Origin: a virus | Taxonomy: Duplodnaviria; Heunggongvirae; Uroviricota; Caudoviricetes | Strand: one strand, 5' to 3' | Length of the DNA stretch: 64,000 nt | IMG/VR virus record: IMGVR_UViG_3300018481_000018 | Span: 3,759-67,758 of that record | Shown here: in pieces, positions 45,627 through 54,457 of the stretch | How the letters are laid out: each line of letters opens with the position of its first letter | How positions within the stretch are numbered: the first letter of the stretch is position 1 | The notes under the pieces: model-generated | What the model was told of the DNA's origin: nothing | Seen by the model: the letters and a program-made list of their open reading frames with translations, nothing else | Database searches by the model: none | Program-made: the position numbers and the translations under genes

Positions 45627-47278
45627 TGGCCGTCGTCTACGGTGCCGCTGGGTCGGTCGTCTACTCCACCGGCAATCCGTCTCCGACGTATCCGTCTGGC
45701 GGAACGGCGAGCCGCTTGTATGGATACCTCATGGTGGTGGGGACCAAGCCCGACACCACTCCCGCTTCCACGCCGTCTGGATGGACCCTCCTCGGAGCCG
45801 TCGCGGGAGGGGAGGGCAGTACGGGAATTGACCAGGGCCCGACCCGGCTCGGAGTGTTCTACCGGGAATCGCTGAGCATTCTGTCTGGGTCAGTCAGCGT
45901 GACCGTGACTGGGAACAACATCTCGTGGGCTGTGATCCATCGGTGGGAATGCTTGACCACTGAGGCGTTCGATTGGGGCATCTCTACCGGGGCGGACGTG
46001 GCTGGCGGCACGGGGTTCTCGGCGGTCACCTCGAGCGTCGCGGCAGGTTTCTTCGCCACCGGCGACGGCCTCATGGTCGCCAACTGCTTCCCTACCGATA
46101 CCAATCCCACCTGGGGCACTCCGACTCTGACCGCTCAGGGTGGTGGCACCATCACACTGGGAACGGTCACGGTGCGCACGACCGCAACCAGCTCCAGCGG
46201 TCAGGACATCGGTGGCCGGGTCGTCTCCGCGATGCCTACCGCCAGCAGTGTGGGGGCTGGCACCTTGACCTACGCCGCGACCCTTTCGGGCACCACGACT
46301 AACGCTCACGGTCCGGTGACCGTGATCCGAGTTCGCGCCGCCATTCCTCCCCCGAACGCGCCGACCGGGTTGACCGCGACCGGCACGAGCACGACGCAGA
46401 TCGACGTGTCGTGGAACTCGGTCGCTGGTGCGACCGACTACAACCTGGAGCGCTCGGCGGATGGCGCTACGGGCTGGGCGCGCATCAACGGCTCCGCGCC
46501 TCAGACCGGTACGTCGTACAACGACACCGGGCGCACGGCGTCGACCACCTATTACTACCGGGTGTCTGTAACCACCTCTGCCGGTACGTCGGCAGTCTCT
46601 TCGACCATTCCTGGCCGGACGTTCAATGTGCCCCCATACTCTGAGGACTTCGAGGAATACATCGGTCTTGCGGTGGGCACATGGGGACCTGACTGGACGA
46701 TCAGTGCGCAATCGCCCAGCACTCTCAACTCGTTCTTGCTGGGGGACGTGAGTGGATGGGCGAGTATCTACCCCGACGACTCAGGTGCCGCGCAGGGTCT
46801 GCTCAAGGTGACCACCCAGACCGACCAGGGCGTGCTTCTCTTGTTGCAGCTCGGTGCCAGTGCAGCCTTGCGGGTCTCTCTTCGCGCTTCGGGCGGTTGG
46901 ACCGCTGGACCACCACCCGTGAATGGCTACTACGCCCATCTCAGCACGACTGATGCCAACACAATCTCGAAGATGGTCAGTAGCTCGGGCTCTGACTTGA
47001 CCCCCTCGGGGACGACGTGGACGAATCCGACCGCTAGCACCGACTACAAGTTCCGCATGGAAGTGGTTGGGACGACCATCCGAACTCGGCTCTGGGCGGC
47101 GGCCGGTGGCGAACCTGGTACTTGGCGTACAGCCACCGACGTCAGCATCAGCTCGGGGGTCCTAGGACTCTCGGTCGGGTCTGGTCCTGGCGTGGACATC
47201 AGCGAGATCGAGTACTACGTCCCCGCCGGTGGTGGTGGCGAGCCGGCTTCGTTCGCGGCTTTCGGGGTTCCGCTCTGA
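45626..47278 (+). CDS. Adhesin-like protein with fibronectin type III and lectin-like domains, 550 aa
   Basis: PNAPTGLTATGTSTTQIDVSW..YNLERS..TYYYRVSV FN3 pattern at about 46345-46610. Confidence 0.7.
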   Translation: MAVVYGAAGSVVYSTGNPSPTYPSGGTASRLYGYLMVVGTKPDTTPASTPSGWTLLGAVAGGEGSTGIDQGPTRLGVFYRESLSILSGSVSVTVTGNNISWAVIHRWECLTTEAFDWGISTGADVAGGTGFSAVTSSVAAGFFATGDGLMVANCFPTDTNPTWGTPTLTAQGGGTITLGTVTVRTTATSSSGQDIGGRVVSAMPTASSVGAGTLTYAATLSGTTTNAHGPVTVIRVRAAIPPPNAPTGLTATGTSTTQIDVSWNSVAGATDYNLERSADGATGWARINGSAPQTGTSYNDTGRTASTTYYYRVSVTTSAGTSAVSSTIPGRTFNVPPYSEDFEEYIGLAVGTWGPDWTISAQSPSTLNSFLLGDVSGWASIYPDDSGAAQGLLKVTTQTDQGVLLLLQLGASAALRVSLRASGGWTAGPPPVNGYYAHLSTTDANTISKMVSSSGSDLTPSGTTWTNPTASTDYKFRMEVVGTTIRTRLWAAAGGEPGTWRTATDVSISSGVLGLSVGSGPGVDISEIEYYVPAGGGGEPASFAAFGVPL

Positions 47279-47302
47279 GATGATGGTTAGAGGAGGATTC
47301 AG

Positions 47303-47692
47303 ATGAGTGTCCTGAAGGTCAACGCGGGCACTTCCGGCTCGCCGGAGTGGGTGCCGATCGTCGCCCTGCCTCAGTACTTCCCGCGCGTGACATCCACCGC
47401 GAGCACCGCCACGCTGACCGTCAACGTGGCCACCACTGACCTCGCGGCCCTGACCGCGCAGGCGGCCGGCCTCACGGTGGCGGCACCTACCGGCACGGCT
47501 CAGGATGGTCAGTCCTTGCTGATCCGGATCAAGGACAACGGCACAGCTCGAGCGATCTCCTGGAACGCGGCCTTCCGGGGCATCGGGGTGGTGCTGCCGA
47601 CTTCGACGGTCGTCTCCAAGTTGATGTACGTGGCAAGCAAGTGGAACAGCGCGGACTCCAAGTGGGACGTTCTCGCTGTCGGTCAGGAATGA
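47303..47692 (+). CDS. Fibre tip/accessory protein, 129 aa
   Basis: PTG..DGQ.LLIRIKDNGTARAISW..KWDVLAV motif common in phage fibre proteins. Confidence 0.6.
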   Translation: MSVLKVNAGTSGSPEWVPIVALPQYFPRVTSTASTATLTVNVATTDLAALTAQAAGLTVAAPTGTAQDGQSLLIRIKDNGTARAISWNAAFRGIGVVLPTSTVVSKLMYVASKWNSADSKWDVLAVGQE

Positions 47693-47699
47693 GGATGCT

Positions 47700-48143
47700 A
47701 TGGCCGTGACGATCATGAATGTCTCGCGGGGCATGTGGGGCTACTACGCCTCCTTGCCTGCCGCGAACGATGCGATCCTGGCCGTCCCGCTGGAGTCGTC
47801 CGGACTGGAGGGCACCTCCACGCTCCAGGACTACGACACTCTGAGTGCGCTGCTTGCTGGGGCTAGCAACGAGCAGACCACGATGGCGCGCAAGGTGGTC
47901 ACCGGCGTCACCTACTCGTTGGACGACAGTGGGAACAAGCGGGTCTTCGACTTCGATGATGTCGAATGGACTAGCGCGAGTGGCTCAGGGGTCGGCGGGC
48001 TGTTGATCTGCTACGACCCGGACACGACTGGCGGCAGCGACTCGGACATCATCCCGATGTTCTTCGATGACTCGTTCGTGAATGCCTCGCCCACCGGCAC
48101 GGTCACCTATGCCGTGCACGCGTCCGGGCTCGCCGAAGCGTGA
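47700..48143 (+). CDS. Small tail/head fibre adaptor-type protein, 147 aa
   Basis: DYDTLSALLAG..NE..MARK..FDFDDVEWT..LLICYDPDT motif seen in actinophage structural proteins. Confidence 0.55.
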   Translation: MAVTIMNVSRGMWGYYASLPAANDAILAVPLESSGLEGTSTLQDYDTLSALLAGASNEQTTMARKVVTGVTYSLDDSGNKRVFDFDDVEWTSASGSGVGGLLICYDPDTTGGSDSDIIPMFFDDSFVNASPTGTVTYAVHASGLAEA

Positions 48144-48170
48144 TCACATACTTCGGGGAGGGAGGTTGAT

Positions 48171-50039
48171 GTGTCGATCACTCCAGGCACGATCAGCAAT
48201 GAGGATGGCGTCAGCACGGTTCAGACGGAGATCCTGATCGACGCGCCTTCGGGCATCACGACCAGCCACTATCTCCTGGCGCTCGTGCAGGGCAACAACA
48301 ACACCGCGCCGCCCGACCAAGATGGCTGGACGACATTGCGCGGCTCCAATGGCACGGGGTTGTACCAGGCCGTCTATGGCCGGTTTCACGATGGGTCGGC
48401 TGACTACCTGTTCGACGGCTTCCCGAGTGCGCGACTGTCCGGGCAGATCATGCCCTACCTTGGGGTCGACCCGACCACGCCGATCGACGTCACGATCGGC
48501 GCTTCCTCTGCTGGCACCACTGACTTCGCGTGGGACAACATCACCCCGGTCACCGCAGGGGCCTATATCGTCGGCCTGGTCTCGGTGCTTCAGAGCCTCA
48601 CCACTACCTATGACATCGCCTCGCACAACTTCGACAACCAGCGCGGCACGACTCTGACGCCTTCGGGTGGCGCGGACGCCGGTGGGGCGATCTTCGACAA
48701 GGCGTGGTTCTCTGGCGTGTTCAGTCCGTCAGTGACTTCGACGGAGGCAACCACCCGCACCAGGGCCTGCGTCCTTGCGCTGCGACCCGCCGAGCTTGCC
48801 GAGGGCGGTGGTCACTACGCCGAGACGATCACGGTTCGCTCTGGCATGAGCCTTGTGGACGGCATTCCAAACGAGCAGCCAAACTCGTCGTTCGAGAGCG
48901 GGACGTCGGACTGGGGCGACCAGACCGGACCGGCGGCCACCTTGGACTTCCCTTCCACGGCGGGGGCTCCTGACGGCACCTATGCAGCTCGCCTGTCGGT
49001 CAGCGGCACGGGCACGCCCGCCTTCCGAGCCACTGGTGCCAACCGTATTCCCATCACCAGCGGGATGTGGGGCGATTACCTGACGGCCTACGGTCAGTTC
49101 CAGTGGGGCACGGGAACTCCTGGCGCGGCTCGGATAGATGTGCAGTTCATGGATGTCAGCGATTCGGTGATTCAGACGAACATCGGTTTGCAGTTCTTCG
49201 CTGCTACCGACTCCTGGCTGAGGGTGCAGCAGAACAACAACCAGATCCCGACCGACGCGGCGTGGGGACTCATCCGGATTGCCATGCCGGACGCTGTTCC
49301 CGGAGTCTCGCTCTACACCGACTGCCTGCATGCCGTCATCGGAGCCGACATCCCTGACCTGGGGCCACATCCGGCTTGGGTGGAGTACGGTACCTCGACC
49401 GTCACTGGCGGGCACTACGTCGAGACGGTCACGACTCGCTCCGGAACCGTGGGGCCTGCGGGACCTGCGATCAACCGGCAGCGGAACGCCTCGTTCGAGT
49501 CGGGCCTCGAGTACTGGGACACGTCCGGGCCGGCCGCGATCTCGTTCCCGACCGACACGTACCAGCAGCTCTATGGCGCGCGTGTGGCCAGGCTCCGGTC
49601 GACAAGCGATTCCGCCACGCCGCAGATGCGGTCCACCGGCGAGAACCGAGTCGCGATTGACGAGTCCGAGTACGGGCTGTACCTCAATGCGTATGCGAAC
49701 TTCCGGTGGGAGTCCGGCACGCCCAAGGGGTGTCGGATGGATGTTCAATTTCTCGACGAGACCGACACGGTGGTGCAGAGCAACATCGGAACGGAGTTCA
49801 CCCCAAGCGCCGGGTCGTGGGTCAGGATCCTCAACAACGACAACGTGATCCCGGATCCGTGCCACGAGATGCGTCTCCGCTTCGTCATCATCGACGCGCA
49901 GACCAATGACTCGATACTGATTGAGGACCTGTATGTCGACGTCGGGACGAACATCCACAACGATGGGCCGCATCCCGAGTGGGCCCTTCACTCCGAGGAC
50001 TTTCCCTATGCCGCAGGTCGTTTCTTTCAACTCACGTGA
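48171..50039 (+). CDS. Adhesin with two tandem carbohydrate-binding-like (CBM4/9-type) modules, 622 aa
   Basis: NSSFESGTSDW and NASFESGLEYW modules repeated at 600-bp spacing. Confidence 0.65.
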   Translation: MSITPGTISNEDGVSTVQTEILIDAPSGITTSHYLLALVQGNNNTAPPDQDGWTTLRGSNGTGLYQAVYGRFHDGSADYLFDGFPSARLSGQIMPYLGVDPTTPIDVTIGASSAGTTDFAWDNITPVTAGAYIVGLVSVLQSLTTTYDIASHNFDNQRGTTLTPSGGADAGGAIFDKAWFSGVFSPSVTSTEATTRTRACVLALRPAELAEGGGHYAETITVRSGMSLVDGIPNEQPNSSFESGTSDWGDQTGPAATLDFPSTAGAPDGTYAARLSVSGTGTPAFRATGANRIPITSGMWGDYLTAYGQFQWGTGTPGAARIDVQFMDVSDSVIQTNIGLQFFAATDSWLRVQQNNNQIPTDAAWGLIRIAMPDAVPGVSLYTDCLHAVIGADIPDLGPHPAWVEYGTSTVTGGHYVETVTTRSGTVGPAGPAINRQRNASFESGLEYWDTSGPAAISFPTDTYQQLYGARVARLRSTSDSATPQMRSTGENRVAIDESEYGLYLNAYANFRWESGTPKGCRMDVQFLDETDTVVQSNIGTEFTPSAGSWVRILNNDNVIPDPCHEMRLRFVIIDAQTNDSILIEDLYVDVGTNIHNDGPHPEWALHSEDFPYAAGRFFQLT

Positions 50040-50053
50040 GGAGAAACAGATAC

Positions 50054-50560
50054 ATGTCCAAGTTCATCCCCACTCTTGACCTCTATGCGCGCATGGTGCT
50101 TCGAGAGGTGGGTGTGCCGACGGGCTTGGTCACGATCTTGAACGACGAAACCCAGGAGATTCCGGGCGCAGCCGGCAAGTACGGCCTTCGAGAGAGTACG
50201 CCGATCTCGGAGTCCTTCTGTCAACATGTTGTGGCGAACAACGCGCCGTTGATCATTCCGGACGCTCGTCTGGACTCGCGCGTGTGCGACAAGCCTTCGG
50301 TCACGAAGGGTGCCGTGGTTGCTTACATGGGGTATCCGTTGCGGAACTCCAAGGGCAAGACCATCGGGTCAGTCTGCGCTATCGACTCCGAGCCGCGCTC
50401 GTGGTCGGATCCTGAGCTCGAGGCGTTACGGGATGTGGCGCATGCGACGACGGCGGAGGTCATCAGGCGCGAGGTCCAATGGCGTCTGGAGTGGGCCTGG
50501 ACGATTGCTGCGGCGTTCATCGTGGTCACGCTGATCATGGGGATCATCCTCTTTGCGTGA
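50054..50560 (+). CDS. Stand-alone GAF domain protein with C-terminal TM helix, 168 aa
   Basis: SFCQHVV..PLIIPDARLD.R..AYMGYPL..GKTIGSVCAIDSEPRSW..ELEALRDVA GAF pattern; WAWTIAAAFIVVTLIMGIILFA tail; SD GAGGAG. Confidence 0.8.
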   Translation: MSKFIPTLDLYARMVLREVGVPTGLVTILNDETQEIPGAAGKYGLRESTPISESFCQHVVANNAPLIIPDARLDSRVCDKPSVTKGAVVAYMGYPLRNSKGKTIGSVCAIDSEPRSWSDPELEALRDVAHATTAEVIRREVQWRLEWAWTIAAAFIVVTLIMGIILFA

Positions 50561-50860
50561 GGGGGGCCCTGGTGGCTGGCTCTCGCCTGACGGCCGATCC
50601 TGTCCACAACCTCGGCTCTCATCACCACCTGGGCCCCACAGACACGATCGCCTCGGATCTGACGACCGTGAGGTGTCGCAGACCGCCTCTCGGCTCCACA
50701 GGGCCCCCATTTCGGCCCAGCTTCCCCGGTCACCAGCGGAAAGGTCCTCATCAGTGTCAGTCGGTGGACGGTCTGACGACCCTGCCCTCTCCTCAACCCA
50801 GGCTTCCCTGAGCGCTGTCTTCCCTGCACGCTGCACGTGAGGAGGAGGGCAGCTTGAACG
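50561..50860. ncRNA. Candidate structured RNA region with imperfect hammerhead-like core on the minus strand
   Basis: Long stems 50562-50575/50696-50708 and 50782-50795/50838-50852; minus-strand GUC-stem-CUGAUGA-G...C-GAAA. Confidence 0.25.
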
Positions 50861-50920
50861 TTCGGAATGGTACACGACACGGCTGACGCCTCACGCGTGA
50901 CACGTGACGCGTTAGCGGGA

Positions 50921-50971
50921 AACAAAAAAAGGGCCCCTCCCCGCGCGCGTACTGCGCACAGAGAGGGGCCC
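50921..50971 (-). terminator. Intrinsic terminator of the leftward early operon
   Basis: GGGCCCCTC/GAGGGGCCC stem with a T7 run on the minus strand. Confidence 0.75.
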
Positions 50972-51117
50972 TAGTACCTGACATCCGCGTGGTCGTACCA
51001 CTGGTTAGGTTGCTGCCACCCGGCCTCCCCCGTCAGCCTTCCCCCGCGCCATGCGGCTTCCTCTGACGGGATCGTTGGAGAGGTGCAGCCCCGCCTGTCA
51101 GGGGGCGGAGTCTGGGT

Positions 51118-51252
51118 TCATCGGTACACGCCACACTTGCGGCAGATGGCTCGGATGAGCCGGTTGCCGATGTAGCGCTCATGCTTGTCATTCAGGGGCG
51201 TGAAGTCGTGCGCAGGCCCGTCATGGGGGCAGGGTTCATGCCATTCGGCCAT
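51118..51252 (-). CDS. 44-aa Cys/His microprotein (CPHD..HDF..ICRKCG)
   Basis: SD GGGAG before ATG 51252. Confidence 0.5.
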   Translation of the reverse strand: MAEWHEPCPHDGPAHDFTPLNDKHERYIGNRLIRAICRKCGVYR

Positions 51253-51253
51253 G

Positions 51254-52036
51254 TCAGACTCCCACTTTCGTCGGGAACGCAACCTCGAGCCAGCTGTACC
51301 CCAGGGTCTCGGTGTCGAGCAGGATGGCGTTGCGCGAGCGCTGGCCAGGGCGGTCAGCATCTCGATCCAGGCTCACGAACCTGGTCTCGTCGACCTGTTT
51401 CTCGCCGGCCACGTGGAAGTGGCCGTGGATGAACAAGGCGGGCTTCACGCCGTCCACGGCGATTCGCATCAGCTCCTGACCTTCGCGCGCGTAGGCGAGC
51501 CCGGCATCGGTCCAGAAGGCTCCGGGGCTGTCCAGGATCTTCTGGACCTCATCCGTGCCGCCAGCGGGCGCGTCGTGGGTCAGCATGACGTCCGCGTAGC
51601 CGTCAGCCGCTGCTTTCTCGACGTCGGCCAGGGTCAGCATCTCCTCGGGCCACCAGGTGTAGCCCTTGGTCCGGCTGGGGAAGTCGATCGACGGCGCGCC
51701 GCCCAAGGATAGGAACGAACGCCCGTCCAGTTCGAACCGGGTGTTGCGTTCCAACACGCAGATGCGCTCGCCGATCCATGCCTGACCGTTGCGGAAGGGC
51801 AGCTGGTTGATGTAGGCCCAGTTCTCGTGGTTGCCAGGAGTGATGTAGAGCGTGATCCCCAGCTCTTCGCAGACCTGATCCACGAATCGCGCGTAGCCCT
51901 GGCCGTGCCGGGGCCAGCCGATGCCGAAGTCGCCCACGTGCATGACGGTCGTGATGCCCTGCTTGGCCAGCGCGTGCAGCATGGCGTGGCTGTAGATTGC
52001 GTTGCCGTGCCAATCGCCGGCCGCTCCGATCATCAT
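51254..52036 (-). CDS. Calcineurin-like metallophosphoesterase
   Basis: GDWHGN, HVGDFG, PGNHEN, THDAP, HGHFH motifs. Confidence 0.85.
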   Translation of the reverse strand: MMIGAAGDWHGNAIYSHAMLHALAKQGITTVMHVGDFGIGWPRHGQGYARFVDQVCEELGITLYITPGNHENWAYINQLPFRNGQAWIGERICVLERNTRFELDGRSFLSLGGAPSIDFPSRTKGYTWWPEEMLTLADVEKAAADGYADVMLTHDAPAGGTDEVQKILDSPGAFWTDAGLAYAREGQELMRIAVDGVKPALFIHGHFHVAGEKQVDETRFVSLDRDADRPGQRSRNAILLDTETLGYSWLEVAFPTKVGV

Positions 52037-52506
52037 CAGAGCCCCCTTTCTTCGTTGTAGGAATCCACGTCGAGAAGTTCGATGGTGATCCTGCCCATGC
52101 TGTTGGTGACGTGGACAGGTACGAAGAACTTGATCACCTCATCATCATCCCCACCCACATCGAGGGGGATCGCCTTGCCGATCTCGAGTCTGGCGAGTTT
52201 CGTCCTGTTGACCGGGCGGCCGAACTTGGCTTCCTGGCCGGGCTCTGGCTGCCCCTCGAGTGCGAGTTGTTCTTCTACGCGCTTCGCTTCGGCCGTGATG
52301 AGATCGGTGACCCCGAGCTCAGGGAAGCAGTGCTCGCAGGCGTTCGCCGGCAGGACCTCGAAGGGCCAACTCCACTTCACGTAGCGTCCGCACTTGGTTC
52401 GGACGTCTGTTCGATTTCGTCGAGCCGTCGGCTCTCGACCACTCTGGAGCTTGTGGACCTTGCTGAGCAGTTCGTGCGTACGAGTTGCTCGGCCCACTCC
52501 CTTCAC
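52036..52506 (-). CDS. Hypothetical protein (KC..ACEHCFP)
   Basis: GTGA overlap at 52503-52506; start uncertain. Confidence 0.5.
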   Translation of the reverse strand: MKGVGRATRTHELLSKVHKLQSGREPTARRNRTDVRTKCGRYVKWSWPFEVLPANACEHCFPELGVTDLITAEAKRVEEQLALEGQPEPGQEAKFGRPVNRTKLARLEIGKAIPLDVGGDDDEVIKFFVPVHVTNSMGRITIELLDVDSYNEERGL

Positions 52507-52733
52507 AGGGCGTCTCCCGCTCGGTTGACGAACCCCAGTGGGGCGTTCGGAGAGTTGGGGTTGACGGCGGAAAGCATCCTGCTCATCTCGGCGCGATCCC
52601 TTGCTTCTGGGTCGCTCAGGATCCAGCGGATCAGTTCCGGCTTGCGCTTCCCGTGGGAAGAGCCCGGCATGTCCTCGGCCAGTGCCGCCAGCGCCTCGCG
52701 GCCAGTGTTCTCGAGCCAGTCCTCGAGCTCCAT
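52503..52733 (-). CDS. Small helical protein (Rho-N/HeH-like)
   Basis: SD AGGAGG; LAALAEDMPG..GKRKPELIRWI pattern. Confidence 0.5.
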   Translation of the reverse strand: MELEDWLENTGREALAALAEDMPGSSHGKRKPELIRWILSDPEARDRAEMSRMLSAVNPNSPNAPLGFVNRAGDAL

Positions 52734-52735
52734 GC

Positions 52736-53908
52736 TCACCTCCTGAAGTCATAGACCTTGTCGGTCACAATGAGGTCCTTATCCTCGGGCCCCTTGATGA
52801 ATGGTGCGATCCAGATTCGGCGGCGCTCCTTGCGGCCGACGCCGCACGCCTGCCAGCGCCAGTGTCCACGCACCACCCAGCGGTGCGACCACTCCACCAT
52901 GGATTCGCCCTCTTGGCGGTTGGCGTTCTCGTGCCGACGGAGTGCGATGACGGTGACCTTGCCGGGGATGCCAACTCGGGCTGCGCGCTTGCGTGAGGCT
53001 CGGTTGGGCAGGGTCTCCTCGGTGACGACGATCGTCTGGTTGAGCAAGAGGAACAGGGCGTGCATGTACCTGAAGAGGTTGGTTCCCTCTTGGGGCTCGT
53101 CAGACTGGTTGCCGCCCGGGTCGAGGCTCTTGTCTTGATTGGCCACGAACATTGCTTGCTGCTCGGCCGACGGCTTGACCAGGTTCGGGCCTAGGGACAT
53201 GTCCTTGACGTAGTTCGTGAAGTGAACGGTCATCCAGCGTCCGACATCTTGCATGGCGTCGCCCATCTCGGGGACGGATGACGCCTGCACCACGAAGTCC
53301 AGGTAGTTCTCGTCCGGCTCGGTCCAGGCGTCGTTGAAGAACGTCATGGCCAGTGCCGGCCGGTCTTCCGGCTGGGCCGTCAGGGCGGTCACGATCGACT
53401 CCTCGCCCTTGGGTCGTGCGCCGTACGAGGAGGGCCCCCACACCGCCCAGTGAACGAGCATGTTGTAGCCCCGGATGTCCTTGACGTGGATGGGCTGGTC
53501 GAATCGCACGATCCCGCAACCGGTGGGGGCCAGCGAGGGGTCGCAGAGGTCCTCCTCGTCCAGGCTCATGGCGGCGTGCTCAAGTAGCGTGCCCATCTCG
53601 CGGGTGACTCGGAAGGCGTAGGCCGCCTTGACGTAGTTCTCCAAGCCCTTTACCCAGGCTCCACCGCGAGGGAACGCGTCCATGAGATTCATGCTGAAGG
53701 CCCCGTCCTTGGGGAAGCCCTCGTTGAGCAGGTCTTCGATGGCGTCGTCGAGGTCCAGCGCGCGGGGATTGCTGTCGACCCACGTGTTGACTGAGCCGAC
53801 GGCGGTAGTGGTGTGCGCTCCGATGGCGACGAAGGCTCGGAACTGGCCATTCTCAGTCAGTCGGTCCAGGAGTTCGGCCTGGGCAGTGATGATGTCGGAC
53901 GGCTGCAT
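52736..53908 (-). CDS. Conserved phage protein with WVVRGHWRWQ C-terminal motif, 390 aa
   Basis: HRWVVRGHWRWQACG..RIWIAPFIKGP motif widespread in actinophages; function unknown. Confidence 0.7.
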   Translation of the reverse strand: MQPSDIITAQAELLDRLTENGQFRAFVAIGAHTTTAVGSVNTWVDSNPRALDLDDAIEDLLNEGFPKDGAFSMNLMDAFPRGGAWVKGLENYVKAAYAFRVTREMGTLLEHAAMSLDEEDLCDPSLAPTGCGIVRFDQPIHVKDIRGYNMLVHWAVWGPSSYGARPKGEESIVTALTAQPEDRPALAMTFFNDAWTEPDENYLDFVVQASSVPEMGDAMQDVGRWMTVHFTNYVKDMSLGPNLVKPSAEQQAMFVANQDKSLDPGGNQSDEPQEGTNLFRYMHALFLLLNQTIVVTEETLPNRASRKRAARVGIPGKVTVIALRRHENANRQEGESMVEWSHRWVVRGHWRWQACGVGRKERRRIWIAPFIKGPEDKDLIVTDKVYDFRR

Positions 53909-54237
53909 CAGTCTTCCCTCCTGTGGTGGCTGAGGAACTCGCGATCGAGGCTGAAGATCTTCTCGTGGTCCTGCTCACTCCGGGCGATGGTCGGGTTGAT
54001 CGGCAGCTTGTGGACGTTCGCTCGGTAGATGGCGGCTCCGGCGCACTGACGCATGCCGGGGTCGTCCCATTGCTCGTTGGTGATCGTCTTGTGGCAGGCG
54101 ATACCGCCTTCGCCGTGGACTGTTGTGAGCCACTCCTCGGGAGAGTGGGGTCCGAGCCAGCCCGGCGCGCTCACGCGTCTCCAGGGGCAGTCGTTGCACG
54201 GCGTCTTAGTCGCCTCGGGGTACTCGGGAAGTTCCAT
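53908..54237 (-). CDS. Cys-rich protein (PCNDCPW..ACH..QCAG; DUF6283-like)
   Basis: Cys pattern shared with 58910-59338. Confidence 0.6.
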   Translation of the reverse strand: MELPEYPEATKTPCNDCPWRRVSAPGWLGPHSPEEWLTTVHGEGGIACHKTITNEQWDDPGMRQCAGAAIYRANVHKLPINPTIARSEQDHEKIFSLDREFLSHHRRED

Positions 54238-54457
54238 CAACTACCTCTCTGATTGAGGCGATAGCGGCTTCGATCGACGCTTTGGTGGCTTGCATCTCCC
54301 GGTTGTTGGGCGGCTGTGCTCCGTACTTCGTGTACTTGGCGTAACACGGAATGCATAGGAGCGCGCCCTCCCCCACCCAGTCCACTTCGAGCATGCCGGA
54401 CGTGCCGTCGAGGTACGTCCGGCACTCGAAGCAGACGGGTGTTGGATCTCCTCTCAC
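54206..54457 (-). CDS. Zn-finger hypothetical protein (CFEC..CIPC)
   Basis: GTGA overlap at 54454-54457. Confidence 0.5.
   Translation of the reverse strand: MRGDPTPVCFECRTYLDGTSGMLEVDWVGEGALLCIPCYAKYTKYGAQPPNNREMQATKASIEAAIASIREVVDGTSRVPRGD

Noticed and set aside
50599-50700. Second DnaA-box cluster (CTGTCCACA, CCCCACA, CTCCACA)
   Set aside because: Only one 8/9 match; the others are part of GC stems
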